A DNA stretch of 64,000 nucleotides from an uncultured Actinomycetota bacterium (GTDB taxonomy: Bacteria; Actinomycetota; Acidimicrobiia; Acidimicrobiales; SZUA-35), in contig CAVTAP010000016.1 of the NCBI GenBank assembly GCA_963732695.1, forward strand, positions 101,454-165,453. The letters are read 5' to 3'. This document shows positions 44,816 through 54,958 of the stretch, one piece after another. The translations under genes were made by a program, and so were the position numbers. Under the pieces are notes generated by a model. The model searched no databases, had not been told where the DNA came from, and saw nothing but the letters and a program-made list of their open reading frames with translations. Numbering within the stretch: the first letter of the stretch is position 1; the number at the start of each line of letters is the position of its first letter.

Positions 44816-44901
44816 CCTGAACCGGCGGCCGGCGCTCCGTCGGGATGGTTGGGCCGCTGGCGAACTCCAGGCAGGCGGCAGGATTGCCCTAAGGTGCCAC
44901 C

Positions 44902-46140
44902 ATGCCGGCAGCATCCGAGGGGGACGCCGAGCCCCGCATCCTGGAGGGCGTCCGCGTCCTCGATTTCACCCAGTACCTGGCGGGGCCCACCGTCACCCGG
45001 CTCATGGCCGAGCTGGGCGCCGACATCGTGAAGGTGGAGCAGGCACCGGGGGGCGACCCCACCCGCTACCTCCCCTTCTCGGCCGACGGCCGATCGGCCT
45101 ACTTCGTGCAGCAGAACCGGGGCAAGCGCAGCGTCTGCGTCGACTTCTCCCGCCCCGAGTCCTCCGACGTGATCCGGGACCTGGTGGTGGCGGCCGACGT
45201 GGTGGTCGAAAACTACGGTCCTGGTGTGCTGGAGAAGCGTGGCCTCGACTGGGACTCCCTGCGGCAGATCAACCCCCGGCTGATCATGGCCTCGATCTCG
45301 GCCTTCGGCCGCCGCAACAGCCCGCTGAGCCACAAGGTCGGGTTCGACACGATCGCCCAGGCCTTCAGCGGCTTCATGCACATGACGGGCGAACGGGACC
45401 GACCGCCCCAGTTCGTGGGCGTCGGGTTCGCCGACGTGTCGGCCGGGGTCCACGCCCTCACCGGGCTGTCCCTCGCCCTCTACCACCGGGAGCGCACGGG
45501 CAAGGGCCAGTGGGTCGACATCTCGATGATCGACTGCCTCTATCACGCCCATGAGATCAACGTGCAGTTCGCGGCGAAGAACCCCCGGGTCGATCCCAAG
45601 CGCAGCGGCAGCCACGGTGGCATCGGGTTCCCCGCCGGCTGCTTCAAGGGCCCCGAGGGCTACATCGTGATCCTCGCCCTCGACCGCCAGTGGCCCAACT
45701 TCTGCCAGGCCATCGGCCGGCCCGACCTCCTCGACGACCCCCGCTACGCCACCGGCCGGGACCGGGCCAAGGCCAAGGAGGAGCTGATCGAGCTGACCGA
45801 AGCGTGGATGGCCGGCCTCGGCACCGACCAGGCCGTGCTCGACGCGCTCGACGCCGGGCGGGTGCCGTGCGCCCCCGTGCTGTCGCCCCGCCAGACGCTC
45901 GACCACCCGTACTACCTCGAACGGGAGATGGTGCGGGTGGTGCCCGACCCGATCCTGGGCGACGTGACCATCCCCGGCTTCCCCCTCAAGTTCTCCAACC
46001 GGCTCGACCTGCCCGACCTGACGACGGCGTCGCTGGGCCAGCACAACACCGACGTACTGGGCACGTGGGCCGGCTACGACCAGGCCCGGATCGACGAGCT
46101 GGCCCGCTCCGGCCTGCTCCACGAGCGCGATCGGGACTGA
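44902..46140 (+). CDS. Family III CoA-transferase (CaiB/BaiF family), second paralog
   Basis: 412 aa. ILEGVRVLDFTQYLAGPTVTRLMAELGADIVKVE. Confidence 0.9.
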   Translation: MPAASEGDAEPRILEGVRVLDFTQYLAGPTVTRLMAELGADIVKVEQAPGGDPTRYLPFSADGRSAYFVQQNRGKRSVCVDFSRPESSDVIRDLVVAADVVVENYGPGVLEKRGLDWDSLRQINPRLIMASISAFGRRNSPLSHKVGFDTIAQAFSGFMHMTGERDRPPQFVGVGFADVSAGVHALTGLSLALYHRERTGKGQWVDISMIDCLYHAHEINVQFAAKNPRVDPKRSGSHGGIGFPAGCFKGPEGYIVILALDRQWPNFCQAIGRPDLLDDPRYATGRDRAKAKEELIELTEAWMAGLGTDQAVLDALDAGRVPCAPVLSPRQTLDHPYYLEREMVRVVPDPILGDVTIPGFPLKFSNRLDLPDLTTASLGQHNTDVLGTWAGYDQARIDELARSGLLHERDRD

Positions 46141-46144
46141 CGCC

Positions 46145-46641
46145 GTGACTGCGCCCGTCAACCGGTCCGCCGAGGGGGCCCCGGTGGACCACGGCTTCGG
46201 CATCCAGCGGGTGCCGCTGGAGACGCAGTACTTCGAGGCCTACAACCGCGACAACGTCAGCCTGGTGGACCTCAACGAGACGCCGATCGAGTGCATCACG
46301 CCCGCCGGCATCCGTACCACCGCCGGTGAGATGCCGTTCGACATCATCGTCTACGCCACTGGGTTCGACGCCTTCACCGGCGCCTTCGACAACATCGACA
46401 TCACCGGCGCCGGGCCGCCACCAACTTCCCCCGGGCCATCGAGCCGGCCGTCGACTGGGCCACCGACCTGCTGGAGCACGTCTGGGCCACCGGCCACAAC
46501 CGGTTCGACACCGACCCGGCGGCCGAGCAGGCCTGGCTGGAGGAGGTGGCCCGGGGCTACAGCCTGGTGCTGCCGGGCAGGGCGCAGAGCTGGATCCAGC
46601 AGGTGAAGGACGAGGGCTTCAGCGGGGTCGATCTCGGCTGA
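46145..46641 (+). pseudogene. Remnant of a Baeyer-Villiger-type flavin monooxygenase (lacks the N-terminal half and contains an internal frameshift or deletion)
   Basis: Frame 1 reads ...RVPLETQYFEAYNRDNVSLVDLNETPIECITPAGIRTTAGEMPFDIIVYATGFDAFTGAFDNIDITG. Another frame reads TNFPRAIEPAVDWATDLLEHVWATGHNRFDTDPAAEQAWLEEVARG...SW. There is no FAD/NADPH-binding N-terminal region and no plausible start. Confidence 0.6.
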
Positions 46642-46713
46642 TCGCAAGGGCCCGATCCGAGCATTTCGCCTGATCATGTTGGGGATGGGTGCTTCGGGGT
46701 AGCGTCTGGCCCG

Positions 46714-47853
46714 ATGGGTGCTGAGAGTGGTGGGGTCGCGGTGTCGATCCGGGATCTGACCAAGCAATATCCTGGTGCGCCCACGCCCGCCGTGCGGAAC
46801 CTGTCACTCGACGTGGCCGCCGGCGAGGTGGTGGCTCTCGTGGGTCCGTCGGGTTGCGGCAAGACGACCACGCTCAAGATGATCAACCGGCTGATCGAGC
46901 CCACGTCGGGCACGATCCGGGTGTTGGGCCGGGATCAGGCCGAGCTGCCGGTGCACGAGCTGCGGCGCAGCATCGGCTACGTGATCCAGCAGATCGGCCT
47001 GTTCCCCCACCGCACGGTGGCGGCCAACATCGGCGTCGTGCCCGGCCTGCTGGGCTGGCCCAAGGCCCGGATCGCCGAACGGGTGGCCGAGCTGCTGGCC
47101 CTCGTCGGCCTGCCGTCCGACACCGGGAGGCGGTACCCCTCGGCGCTGTCGGGCGGCCAGCAGCAGCGGGTGGGTGTGGCCCGGGCCCTGGCCGCCGACC
47201 CCCCGATCCTGCTCATGGACGAGCCCTACAGCGCCGTCGACCCGCTCGTCCGGGCCCGGCTCCAGGACGACCTGCTGGCCCTCCAGGCCAAGGTGGGCAA
47301 GACCATCATCGTCGTCACTCACGACATCGACGAGGCCATCAAGCTGGGCGACCGGGTGGCGATCCTGGCCGAGGGCGGGGTGTTGGCCCAGTACGACACG
47401 CCCGACGAGCTGCTGCGAGCCCCGGCCGACGAGTTCGTGGCCGCCTTCCTGGGCCGGGAACGGAGCCTGCGCCGCCTCGGGCTGCGCCGGGTCGACGAGG
47501 TGCGGCCCGAGCCGGCGGTGGCCGTGACCGCCGCCGCCACCTCGGCCGAGGCGCTGGCCGCCGCCGACGGCATGGGCGCCCGCTGGGTGGTCGTGATCGA
47601 CGACGACGCCGAGCCCGCGGGGCTGGTGGCGGTGGCCGACCTCCGTCACCACCCCCGGGGTGGGGCCGGCGGGGGTTCCATCGGTGCGGGGCTGGAGCCC
47701 GACCGGCGACCGCCCGTGGTCGACAGCACCTGGCCCCTGCGGGAGGTGCTCGACGCTGTGCTCCGCTCGGGCTGCGGGGGCGCCCTGGTGGGCGATCCGT
47801 CACCGGCCCGCTGCGTGATCACCCTCGACGCGCTGGCCGAGGCGCTGCGGTGA
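46714..47853 (+). CDS. Osmoprotectant (glycine betaine/choline-type) ABC transporter ATP-binding protein with a C-terminal CBS-like region
   Basis: 379 aa. Walker A GPSGCGKTT, LSGGQQQRVGVARAL, LLMDEPYSAVDP. OpuCA/ProV-like. Confidence 0.9.
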   Translation: MGAESGGVAVSIRDLTKQYPGAPTPAVRNLSLDVAAGEVVALVGPSGCGKTTTLKMINRLIEPTSGTIRVLGRDQAELPVHELRRSIGYVIQQIGLFPHRTVAANIGVVPGLLGWPKARIAERVAELLALVGLPSDTGRRYPSALSGGQQQRVGVARALAADPPILLMDEPYSAVDPLVRARLQDDLLALQAKVGKTIIVVTHDIDEAIKLGDRVAILAEGGVLAQYDTPDELLRAPADEFVAAFLGRERSLRRLGLRRVDEVRPEPAVAVTAAATSAEALAAADGMGARWVVVIDDDAEPAGLVAVADLRHHPRGGAGGGSIGAGLEPDRRPPVVDSTWPLREVLDAVLRSGCGGALVGDPSPARCVITLDALAEALR

Positions 47854-48557
47854 CCGCCCCCGCCGTCGCCACCCTGACGGTGCTGGCCCAGGCCAGCCGC
47901 CGCGACACGCTCGTGTCGTGGGGGTGGGTATCGGAGCATCTGGACGACATCTGGTCCCGCACGGTGGAGCACGTGGAGCTCACGCTCGTGGCGCTGGCCA
48001 TCGGGTTCACCCTGTCGTCGGCCCTGGCCGCTCTGGCCGTGCGCCACCGCCGCACGTTCGCCCCCATCACCTGGATCGGCTCGATCCTCTACACCATCCC
48101 CAGCGTCGCCCTGTTCGGGATGCTGATCCCGGTGACCGGCCTGGGCTTCTGGACGGCCGAGATCGCGCTCGTCAGCTACACGATCCTCATCTTCGTCCGC
48201 AACATCGTGGCCGGGATCGACGGGGTTCCGGCGCCGGTGGTGGAGGCGGCCGACGCCATGGGCTACACCCGGTGGCAGCGGCTCCGGTCGGTGGAGCTGC
48301 CGCTGGCGTTGCCCACCATCGTGGCCGGGTTGCGCATCGCCGCCGTCACCGTGATCGGGCTGGTGACGGTGGCCGCCGTGGTGGGCAACGGCGGCTACGG
48401 CGCGTTCATCCTCGACGGGCTCGACCGTGACTTCCCCACCCCGATCGTGTTGGGTGCCGTGCTCTCGGTGCTGCTGGCGGCCACGGTGGACGCCGGGCTG
48501 GCGTACGCCGAGCGGGCCGTCACCCCGTGGGCCCGGCGCCAGGGAGGCGAGCGGTGA
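47850..48557 (+). CDS. Osmoprotectant ABC transporter permease
   Basis: GTG start overlapping the upstream stop (GTGA). BPD-type permease with EAADAMGYTRWQRLRSVELPLALPTIVAGLR. Confidence 0.85.
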   Translation: MTAPAVATLTVLAQASRRDTLVSWGWVSEHLDDIWSRTVEHVELTLVALAIGFTLSSALAALAVRHRRTFAPITWIGSILYTIPSVALFGMLIPVTGLGFWTAEIALVSYTILIFVRNIVAGIDGVPAPVVEAADAMGYTRWQRLRSVELPLALPTIVAGLRIAAVTVIGLVTVAAVVGNGGYGAFILDGLDRDFPTPIVLGAVLSVLLAATVDAGLAYAERAVTPWARRQGGER

Positions 48558-49285
48558 GCGTGCTGGGCCTCGTGAACGTGGTGAGCCAGGTGGGCCGGGT
48601 GGGCCTGGTCGGCGATGTGTGGCGCTACCTCACGGCCTCGTCGAGCTGGGGTGGCGACCGTGGGCTGGGGGCCCTGGTCCGGGCCCACCTGTGGATCTCG
48701 CTGGTGTCCACCGTGGCCGCCGTTGCGCTGGCCGTGCCGCCGGCGGTGTGGCTGGCCCACCGGCGGCGGCTGCCGCTGCTGTCGGTGGCCCTGGTCAACG
48801 TGGGCCGGGCCGTGCCCTCGTTCGCCATCGTCGCCTTCGTGTTCCCGTTGTCCATCCGCTACGGGTTCGGCCTCGGGTTCTGGCCCACCTGTGTGGCCCT
48901 GGTGGCCCTCGGCGTCCCGCCCATCTTCACCAACACCTACGCCGGCGTGGCCGGGGTGGCCCCCGACGTGGTGGAGGCGGCCCGGGGCGTGGGGATGACC
49001 GAGCGCCAGGTCCTGTCCGGGGTGGAGCTCCCCCTGGCCCTTCCCCTCGTCCTCACCGGCCTGCGCCTGTCGGCGGTGCAGATCACCGCCACCGCCACCC
49101 TCGGCGCCTTCGTCGGCTACGAGTGCCTGGGCACCCCGATCCTGCAGGGGCTGGCCCGGGGGGTCGCCGGCCGGCCCCAGCTGGTTGGAGGCGCCCTGCT
49201 CGTGATCACCGCCGCCCTGGCCATCGACGGCGTCATCGGCCGGATCATCCCTCGCGTCGTCCGCTGGCCTTCCGGGCTACGGTAA
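48554..49285 (+). CDS. Osmoprotectant ABC transporter permease (second subunit)
   Basis: GTG start overlapping the upstream stop (GTGA). EAARGVGMTERQVLSGVELPLALPLVLTGLR. Confidence 0.85.
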   Translation: MSVLGLVNVVSQVGRVGLVGDVWRYLTASSSWGGDRGLGALVRAHLWISLVSTVAAVALAVPPAVWLAHRRRLPLLSVALVNVGRAVPSFAIVAFVFPLSIRYGFGLGFWPTCVALVALGVPPIFTNTYAGVAGVAPDVVEAARGVGMTERQVLSGVELPLALPLVLTGLRLSAVQITATATLGAFVGYECLGTPILQGLARGVAGRPQLVGGALLVITAALAIDGVIGRIIPRVVRWPSGLR

Positions 49286-49314
49286 TCGGTTCGTTCAAAC
49301 AAGGAGAGACATCC

Positions 49315-50250
49315 ATGCGCAGACCCCGCCTGGTAGCGGCCCTCATGATGGGGGCGATGGCCCTGTTCGCCGCCGCCTGCAGCGACTCGTCGAGCACGTC
49401 GGCCGGGGGCGACGTGCCCGATGGCCCCACCATCACCATCGGGGCCCAGGATTTCGGCGAGAGCGCCATCCTGTCCGAGGTCTACGGCCAGGCCCTGGAG
49501 GCCGCCGGCTATCCCGTCGAGCAACAGGCCCTGGGCGGGTTCCGCGACGTGGTCTACACCTCGTTCGACTCGGGCGACATCAACTTCACCGCCGAGTACG
49601 CCGCCTCCGCCCTCGAGTTCCTCAACGGCGGGAAGGGCGAGGCGTCGGCCGACGCCAAGGCCACGGCCGACGCCCTGCGCACGGCGCTGGAGGCCAAGAA
49701 GCTGGTGGCCCTCGACGCCGCCCCGGCCCAGGACTCCAACTCGTTCGTCGTCACCCCCGACACGGCCGAGACCAAGAGCCTCAAGGCCATCAGCGACCTC
49801 ACCGACGACCTGCGCCTCGGCGGCCCCGCCGACTGCACGGAGAACGCCTCGTGCCTTCCCGGGTTGGAGAAGGTCTACGGGCTCGACCTGTCGGCCGGGT
49901 TCACCCCGCTCGACGGCGGCGGCCCGCTCACCGTGGCCGCTCTGGAGGGAGGCGAGATCGACGTGGCCATCCTGTTCAGCACCGACGGCACGATCGCGGC
50001 CAAGGGGTGGGTGATCCTGGAGGACGACAAGGGCCTGATCAACGCCGACAACATCATCCCCGTCACGTCGACCGAGGCGGCCGAAGCCTACGGCGACGAC
50101 TTCAGCGCCCTCGTCAACAAGGTGAGCGCGGCCATGACCACCGAGGAGCTGGCCGAGCTCAACCGGCAGGTGACGATCGACCTGAAAGACCCGGCCGAGG
50201 TGGCCGGCGAGTGGCTGGCGGGCAAGAAGCTGGTGGACACGAAGAGCTGA
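49315..50250 (+). CDS. Osmoprotectant-binding lipoprotein (OpuCC/OpuBC-like)
   Basis: The ATG is preceded by AAGGAG. Lipobox LFAAAC. ...ITIGAQDFGESAILSEVYGQALEAAGY... is typical of the glycine-betaine-binding family. Confidence 0.85.
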   Translation: MRRPRLVAALMMGAMALFAAACSDSSSTSAGGDVPDGPTITIGAQDFGESAILSEVYGQALEAAGYPVEQQALGGFRDVVYTSFDSGDINFTAEYAASALEFLNGGKGEASADAKATADALRTALEAKKLVALDAAPAQDSNSFVVTPDTAETKSLKAISDLTDDLRLGGPADCTENASCLPGLEKVYGLDLSAGFTPLDGGGPLTVAALEGGEIDVAILFSTDGTIAAKGWVILEDDKGLINADNIIPVTSTEAAEAYGDDFSALVNKVSAAMTTEELAELNRQVTIDLKDPAEVAGEWLAGKKLVDTKS

Positions 50251-50283
50251 CCTCGCCGGGCCGCCGCCGGGGCGGCGGCCCGG

Positions 50284-51168
50284 TCAGCTGAACGTGATGA
50301 GCTGGAGCGCCAGGCCGCCCAGCTGGTCGGGGGCGACGGTGGAGACGCGGCTCCCGGGCAACACGCCCGGGGCCGGGTCGGCCAGCTCGAAGCCCCGGGA
50401 CCGGACGTGGGCCACCACGGCGTCGAGGTCGGCCACCTCGAAGGCGGTGACGCTGGCCAGCCCGGCCGGACGCTGGTGGACCGGGCTGTCGGCGCCGTCG
50501 GGCCCGATCAGCTCCAGGGTGGCGTCGCCGATGCGGAGCTGGCGGATGTCCATGCCCCGGCCCGTCACCCGGCCGGTGAGGGATACACCGAGCACCGAGT
50601 CCCAGAACCCACAGGCGGCGTCCAGGCCTTCTGGGGCGATCACGGCCAGATGGTCGAGCCGGGCCAACGGCAGCTCGTGATCGAACAGGCCGGCCGCCTG
50701 ATGACGGACCCGGCGGGCCTCCGCTCCCCCCTCGTAGGCGATGAGGGCGAGCGCGCACCCGGCGGCGGTGGGTCCCGACGGCTCCACCACGGTGCCGATC
50801 AGGCTGCCGTCGTCGCGGGCCACGGTTCGGGTGGACGCTGCGATGCCGTGGTCCGCCAGCGCCGCCGCCGCACCCTCGGCCGACTCCACCTGCAGCATCA
50901 GCCGGTGCAGACCACCCCGGTCGATGGCGGCGAGCAGGTCGTGGCGACCCTCGCTCTCGGCCCGGGCCCGGTCGTGGACGGCGAGCAGCTCCACGTAGAA
51001 CTCGGTGTCGGGCCCGCCCACGAAGAACACCGAGTTCTCGGTGGACGAGCCGGCGTGGCGCATGGGCGGCGTGAGCCGCAGACCCAGCGCCTGCCATCGG
51101 GCGGCGGTGCCGGCCAGGTCGGCGGTGGCCACGATCACATGGTCGATGCCGACCACCCCCGTGCTCAC
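50284..51168 (-). CDS. Two-domain VOC/glyoxalase-family protein (start trimmed)
   Basis: The GTG at 51168 overlaps the amidase stop (GTGA). VSTGVVGIDHVIVATADLAGTAARWQALGL... and the second module LARLDHLAVIAPEGLDAACGFWDSVLG. Confidence 0.8.
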   Translation of the reverse strand: MSTGVVGIDHVIVATADLAGTAARWQALGLRLTPPMRHAGSSTENSVFFVGGPDTEFYVELLAVHDRARAESEGRHDLLAAIDRGGLHRLMLQVESAEGAAAALADHGIAASTRTVARDDGSLIGTVVEPSGPTAAGCALALIAYEGGAEARRVRHQAAGLFDHELPLARLDHLAVIAPEGLDAACGFWDSVLGVSLTGRVTGRGMDIRQLRIGDATLELIGPDGADSPVHQRPAGLASVTAFEVADLDAVVAHVRSRGFELADPAPGVLPGSRVSTVAPDQLGGLALQLITFS

Positions 51169-52604
51169 GCCGGACCGCAGCCCGGAGGCACCTGGTAGCC
51201 GCCGCCGGCCGCGTCGGCCAGGAGGCGGGCGAAGTGGATGGCCGTGCGGTCCTCGCAGAACGGGGCCACCACCTGCACGCTCACCGGCAGGCCGCCAGCG
51301 GTGAGGCCGAGGGGCGGCGTGGTGACCGGCAGGTAGGCCATGCCCACCATGGCCGTCCACTTGATCAGGTCGGTGTAGGGGCGGGCTTCGCCGTTCACCG
51401 TGAGGCTGCGGTCGAGCCAGTTGCCGCCCGTCTGGTGGGGGAAGGCCGGGGTGACGCTCACCGGGCACAACAGGATGTCGTAGGAGCGGAACCAGCTGGC
51501 CCACGCCTCCCGCAGCTCGGTGCGGCGCAGGTGGCGCGCCAGCCAGGTGTGGTGGCGCTGCACGTTGTTGGCCGCCCCCCGGGACTTGTCGGCCAGGGCG
51601 GCGGCGTCTTCGGCGCTCATGCTCACGCTGGCGGCCACGCTGATCAGCTGGGCCCCCAGCTTGGACGCCTCGGTGAAGTCGATGTCGGGCCGCGCCGCCC
51701 GGTCGACGGTGGCCCCGGCCGCCTCCAGGGCCCGCACGGCGCGGTCGAGCACGGCCAGCACCTCGCCGTCGACGGGACAGGCCGGATCGTCGAGCCACAC
51801 TCCCACCCGGTAGTCGGCCAGGGCGGCGTGCCGGGCCGGCGGGATCTCCACCCGCCAGGCCGGGGCCCGGTCGGGGGTCGGCCCGGCCAGGATGTCCACC
51901 AGCAGCTCCAGGTCGTCGGCGGAGCGGGCCATGGGCCCGAACACGTTGACGTCGGCCTCGAACCGGCCGCCGCCCACCGAGTCGAGGTAGCCGAGGGTGG
52001 GGATCAGGCCGAAGCTCGGCTTGTGGCCCCACACGCCGCTGAAGGCCGAGGGCATCCGCACCGAGCCGCCGATGTCGGTGCCGATCTCGAAGCTGGTGAG
52101 GCCGGCGGCCACGGCGGCGGCGGCGCCCCCCGACGAGCCGCCGGGGGTGCGGGCCAGGTCCCACGGGTTGTTGGTGACGCCGAAGAGCTCGTTGTAGCTC
52201 TGGCCGTCGCCCGACCAGCGGGGCAGGTTGGTCTTGCCGAACACGATGCTGCCGGCCGCCTTGAGCCGGGCCACCACCGGGGCGTCGACCGCCGGCACGT
52301 GGTCGGTCAGCTCCACCGCCCCGCCGGTGGAACGGATGCCGGCGGTCTCGATGGCGTCCTTGATCGTGTGGGGGACGCCGTGGAGGGGGCCGAGCTCGGC
52401 TCCGGCGGCGGTGGCCGCGTCGGCGTCGCGGGCAGCGGCCCGGGCCCGCATCTCGTCCAACGTCACCACGGCGTTGATCGACGGGTTCAGCCGCCCGACG
52501 CGGTCGAGATAGTGGTCGAGGAGCTCGGTGCTCGACAGCTGCCGGCTCCGGATGGCATCGGCCTGGCGGCGGGTGGTCCACAGCGCGGGGTCGTTGTCGG
52601 TCAT
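51165..52604 (-). CDS. Amidase-signature family amidase
   Basis: From MTDNDPALW. The amidase signature reads ...GGSSGGAAAAVAAGLTSFEIGTDIGGSVRMPSAFSGVWGHKPSFG. Confidence 0.9.
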   Translation of the reverse strand: MTDNDPALWTTRRQADAIRSRQLSSTELLDHYLDRVGRLNPSINAVVTLDEMRARAAARDADAATAAGAELGPLHGVPHTIKDAIETAGIRSTGGAVELTDHVPAVDAPVVARLKAAGSIVFGKTNLPRWSGDGQSYNELFGVTNNPWDLARTPGGSSGGAAAAVAAGLTSFEIGTDIGGSVRMPSAFSGVWGHKPSFGLIPTLGYLDSVGGGRFEADVNVFGPMARSADDLELLVDILAGPTPDRAPAWRVEIPPARHAALADYRVGVWLDDPACPVDGEVLAVLDRAVRALEAAGATVDRAARPDIDFTEASKLGAQLISVAASVSMSAEDAAALADKSRGAANNVQRHHTWLARHLRRTELREAWASWFRSYDILLCPVSVTPAFPHQTGGNWLDRSLTVNGEARPYTDLIKWTAMVGMAYLPVTTPPLGLTAGGLPVSVQVVAPFCEDRTAIHFARLLADAAGGGYQVPPGCGPA

Positions 52605-52668
52605 GCCGCACAGTACCGCTCCCCCGGACACCGGGTCGAAGGGGCTGCCTCCGGTAGGGTGCTGGGCC

Positions 52669-53301
52669 ATGGCCGACCTCACCGTCTACCGCATCGACCG
52701 CCCCGCCGCCGAGCGGCTGCTGTTCCTGTTCCACGGCTACAGCGCCGAGCAGCACCACCTGGCCGCCTACGTGCCCCTCGTCGACCCGGACGAGCGGTTC
52801 ACGGCCGTGGCTCCCCGGGCCATCCACGACCTACCCGAGGGCGACGGCGCCAGCTGGTGGGAGCGGGGCCCCGACGGGCCGGAGCCGGCCTCGTTCCTGG
52901 CCGCCGTCGACGCCGTGGAGGCGCTGATCGAGGCGGAGACGACGGCGGCCGGGATCCCCCGGGAGCGGTGCGTGATCGGCGGATTCTCCCAGGGCGGGGC
53001 CCTCACCCTGGCGCTCACCGCCCGTGAGGGGGCTCCCCGCTACGCCGGGGTCTGGGCCATGTGCTGCGCCCTGCCCGACGTGCCCGGCCTCACGCTCGAT
53101 CCCGGCGCCGGGGCCGGCACCCCGGCCCTGATCCAGCACGGCACGGCCGATCCCATCATCTCGGTCACCCGGGCTACGGCATCGGCCACCCTGCTGGGCG
53201 ACGCCGGCTGGAACGTCACGAGTGTCGGCTACGACATGGGCCACTCCCAGACCATCGAGATGATGGTCGACACAAGGGCCTTCCTCGCTGCCATCCCCTG
53301 A
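52669..53301 (+). CDS. Alpha/beta-hydrolase carboxylesterase/phospholipase family protein
   Basis: MADLTVYRIDRP...LFLFHGYSAE...; nucleophile elbow GGFSQGG. Confidence 0.8.
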   Translation: MADLTVYRIDRPAAERLLFLFHGYSAEQHHLAAYVPLVDPDERFTAVAPRAIHDLPEGDGASWWERGPDGPEPASFLAAVDAVEALIEAETTAAGIPRERCVIGGFSQGGALTLALTAREGAPRYAGVWAMCCALPDVPGLTLDPGAGAGTPALIQHGTADPIISVTRATASATLLGDAGWNVTSVGYDMGHSQTIEMMVDTRAFLAAIP

Positions 53302-53361
53302 GCGGCCCTTGCTCCCCCCTTTCCCGACGAGCGGCGTCGGCCGGTACCCCTCCCGCCCGGG

Positions 53362-53766
53362 TCAGGCCCGGAGGGGGTCGCCGTCGTGGTAGAGCCAGCG
53401 GATGCCATCGCGCACGAAGTGACTGCGCTCGATGAGCTGGCCGGGTTTGCCCGCCTTCTCGTAACGGGCGGCGAAGGTGACGGTGCCGGTGCGGTCGAGC
53501 GCCCGGCCGCCGGTGGCGTCCCGGATCTCCAGGCCGAGCCAGCGCAGCGCGGGCTCCATCACCTGCGGCGGGCAGGTGTCGGGGTGCCACGACCGGCGGA
53601 GGTAGGCCTCGTTGCCGGTGGCGTGGGCGCTGTAGCGGGCCCGCATCACGGCCTCCGCCGTCGGTGCCTCGGCCGTGCCGGCCAGGAGCGGCCCGCAGCA
53701 CCGGCCCCACGGGGCCGGCCCGCCGCACACGCAGGGTTGGTCGTCGGTCGCCTCGCCACCAGCCAT
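53362..53766 (-). CDS. YchJ-family protein with a SEC-C-like motif
   Basis: 134 aa. PCVCGG...WGRCCGP, then ...TAEAVMRARYSAHATGNEAYL.... Confidence 0.75.
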   Translation of the reverse strand: MAGGEATDDQPCVCGGPAPWGRCCGPLLAGTAEAPTAEAVMRARYSAHATGNEAYLRRSWHPDTCPPQVMEPALRWLGLEIRDATGGRALDRTGTVTFAARYEKAGKPGQLIERSHFVRDGIRWLYHDGDPLRA

Positions 53767-53840
53767 CGTTCCGTCCTCTCCTGCACCTCGATCGCCCCCC
53801 AGGTTGCCATGATGGGGGTGTGATCTCGCGCCTCACGACG

Positions 53841-54857
53841 ATGCGGGCCTTCGTGCTCGACGGGCCCGGCCTCGGCGCCGTGCGGGAGGTGCCGGCCCCC
53901 GAGCCCGCGCCGGGCGAGGCGCTGGTGGCGGTGGAGCGGGTGGGGGTGTGCGGCACCGACGCCGAGCTGTTCTCGGGCCACATGGCCTACCTCCACCAGG
54001 GGCACGCCTCGTTCCCCCTGCGGCCAGGCCACGAATGGTGCGGGCGGGTGACAGGCGTGGGCCCCGGCGTGGACGACGCCTGGGTGGGCCGGCGGGTGAT
54101 GGGCGACACGATGCTGGGATGCGGCACGTGCCACCGGTGCCGGCGGGGCCGCCAGCACGTGTGTGAGCAGCGGACCGAGGTGGGCGTTCGGGGCAGCCGC
54201 CACGGGGCCCTGGCCGAGCTGATCGCCGTGCCGGCGGGATCGCTCCACTCCCTGCCCGACACCGTCGATCCGATGTTGGGTGCTCTGGTGGAGCCGGCCG
54301 GCAACGCCCTGCGGGCGGCCCGGGCGGCCGACGCCGGCCCCGACGACCGGGTGCTGGTGGCCGGCCCGGGCACGATCGGGCTGCTCACGGCCCTGTTCCT
54401 GCGGGCCGGCGGGGCCGAGGTGCATCTGCTGGGCGTCACCGCGGCATCGCTGGCCTTCGCCCGGTCGCTCGGCTTCGAACACACCTGGGAACCGGCCACG
54501 CTCCCGGCGCTGGCCTTCGACGCCGTGGTCGACGCCACCAACGCCGCCGACCTCCCGGCCCGGGCCCTCGACCTGGTGGAGCCGGGCGGGCGGCTGGTGC
54601 TCATCGGCCTCGCCGGCCAGCCCAGCGGGATCGACACCCGGACCCTGGCGTTCAAGGACGTGACGGCGGTGGGCATCCTGTCGGCCTCGCCGGCCCTGGC
54701 CGACACGGTGCAGGCCCTGGCCGACGGCGTGATCGACCCCCGGCCGTTGGTGGCGGCCACCGTCGGCCTCGACAAGACGGCAGCGGTACTCCGGGGCGAA
54801 CGCCCAGCCGGCGCCGGCCCCGGCCCCAAGATCCACATCGACCCCCGCCTCGGCTGA
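53841..54857 (+). CDS. Zinc-dependent medium-chain alcohol dehydrogenase/reductase
   Basis: MRAFVLDGPG...VGVCGTDAELFSG...GHEWCGRV...CGTCHRCRRGRQHVC, with Rossmann motif VLVAGPGTIG. Confidence 0.85.
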   Translation: MRAFVLDGPGLGAVREVPAPEPAPGEALVAVERVGVCGTDAELFSGHMAYLHQGHASFPLRPGHEWCGRVTGVGPGVDDAWVGRRVMGDTMLGCGTCHRCRRGRQHVCEQRTEVGVRGSRHGALAELIAVPAGSLHSLPDTVDPMLGALVEPAGNALRAARAADAGPDDRVLVAGPGTIGLLTALFLRAGGAEVHLLGVTAASLAFARSLGFEHTWEPATLPALAFDAVVDATNAADLPARALDLVEPGGRLVLIGLAGQPSGIDTRTLAFKDVTAVGILSASPALADTVQALADGVIDPRPLVAATVGLDKTAAVLRGERPAGAGPGPKIHIDPRLG

Positions 54858-54877
54858 GCGCCACACGCGCGCCGCAG

Positions 54878-54932
54878 CCCGAACTATGTCGAGAAGGACC
54901 GGCAGGGGCGGTATTTCTCGACAAGGTTCGGG
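54878..54932. terminator. Long imperfect hairpin between convergent genes
   Basis: cccgaactatgtcgagaa (54878-95) pairs with ttctcgacaaggttcggg (54915-32) at 16 of 18 positions. It is relatively AT-rich. Confidence 0.45.
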
Positions 54933-54958
54933 ATCTGCAGGGGCGATGGGGGTGGGGG

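Noticed and set aside
51169-52827. Upstream part of the 847-aa minus-strand ORF
   Set aside because: It is out of frame over the amidase gene. Only the last 294 codons, from the GTG at 51168, show VOC homology.
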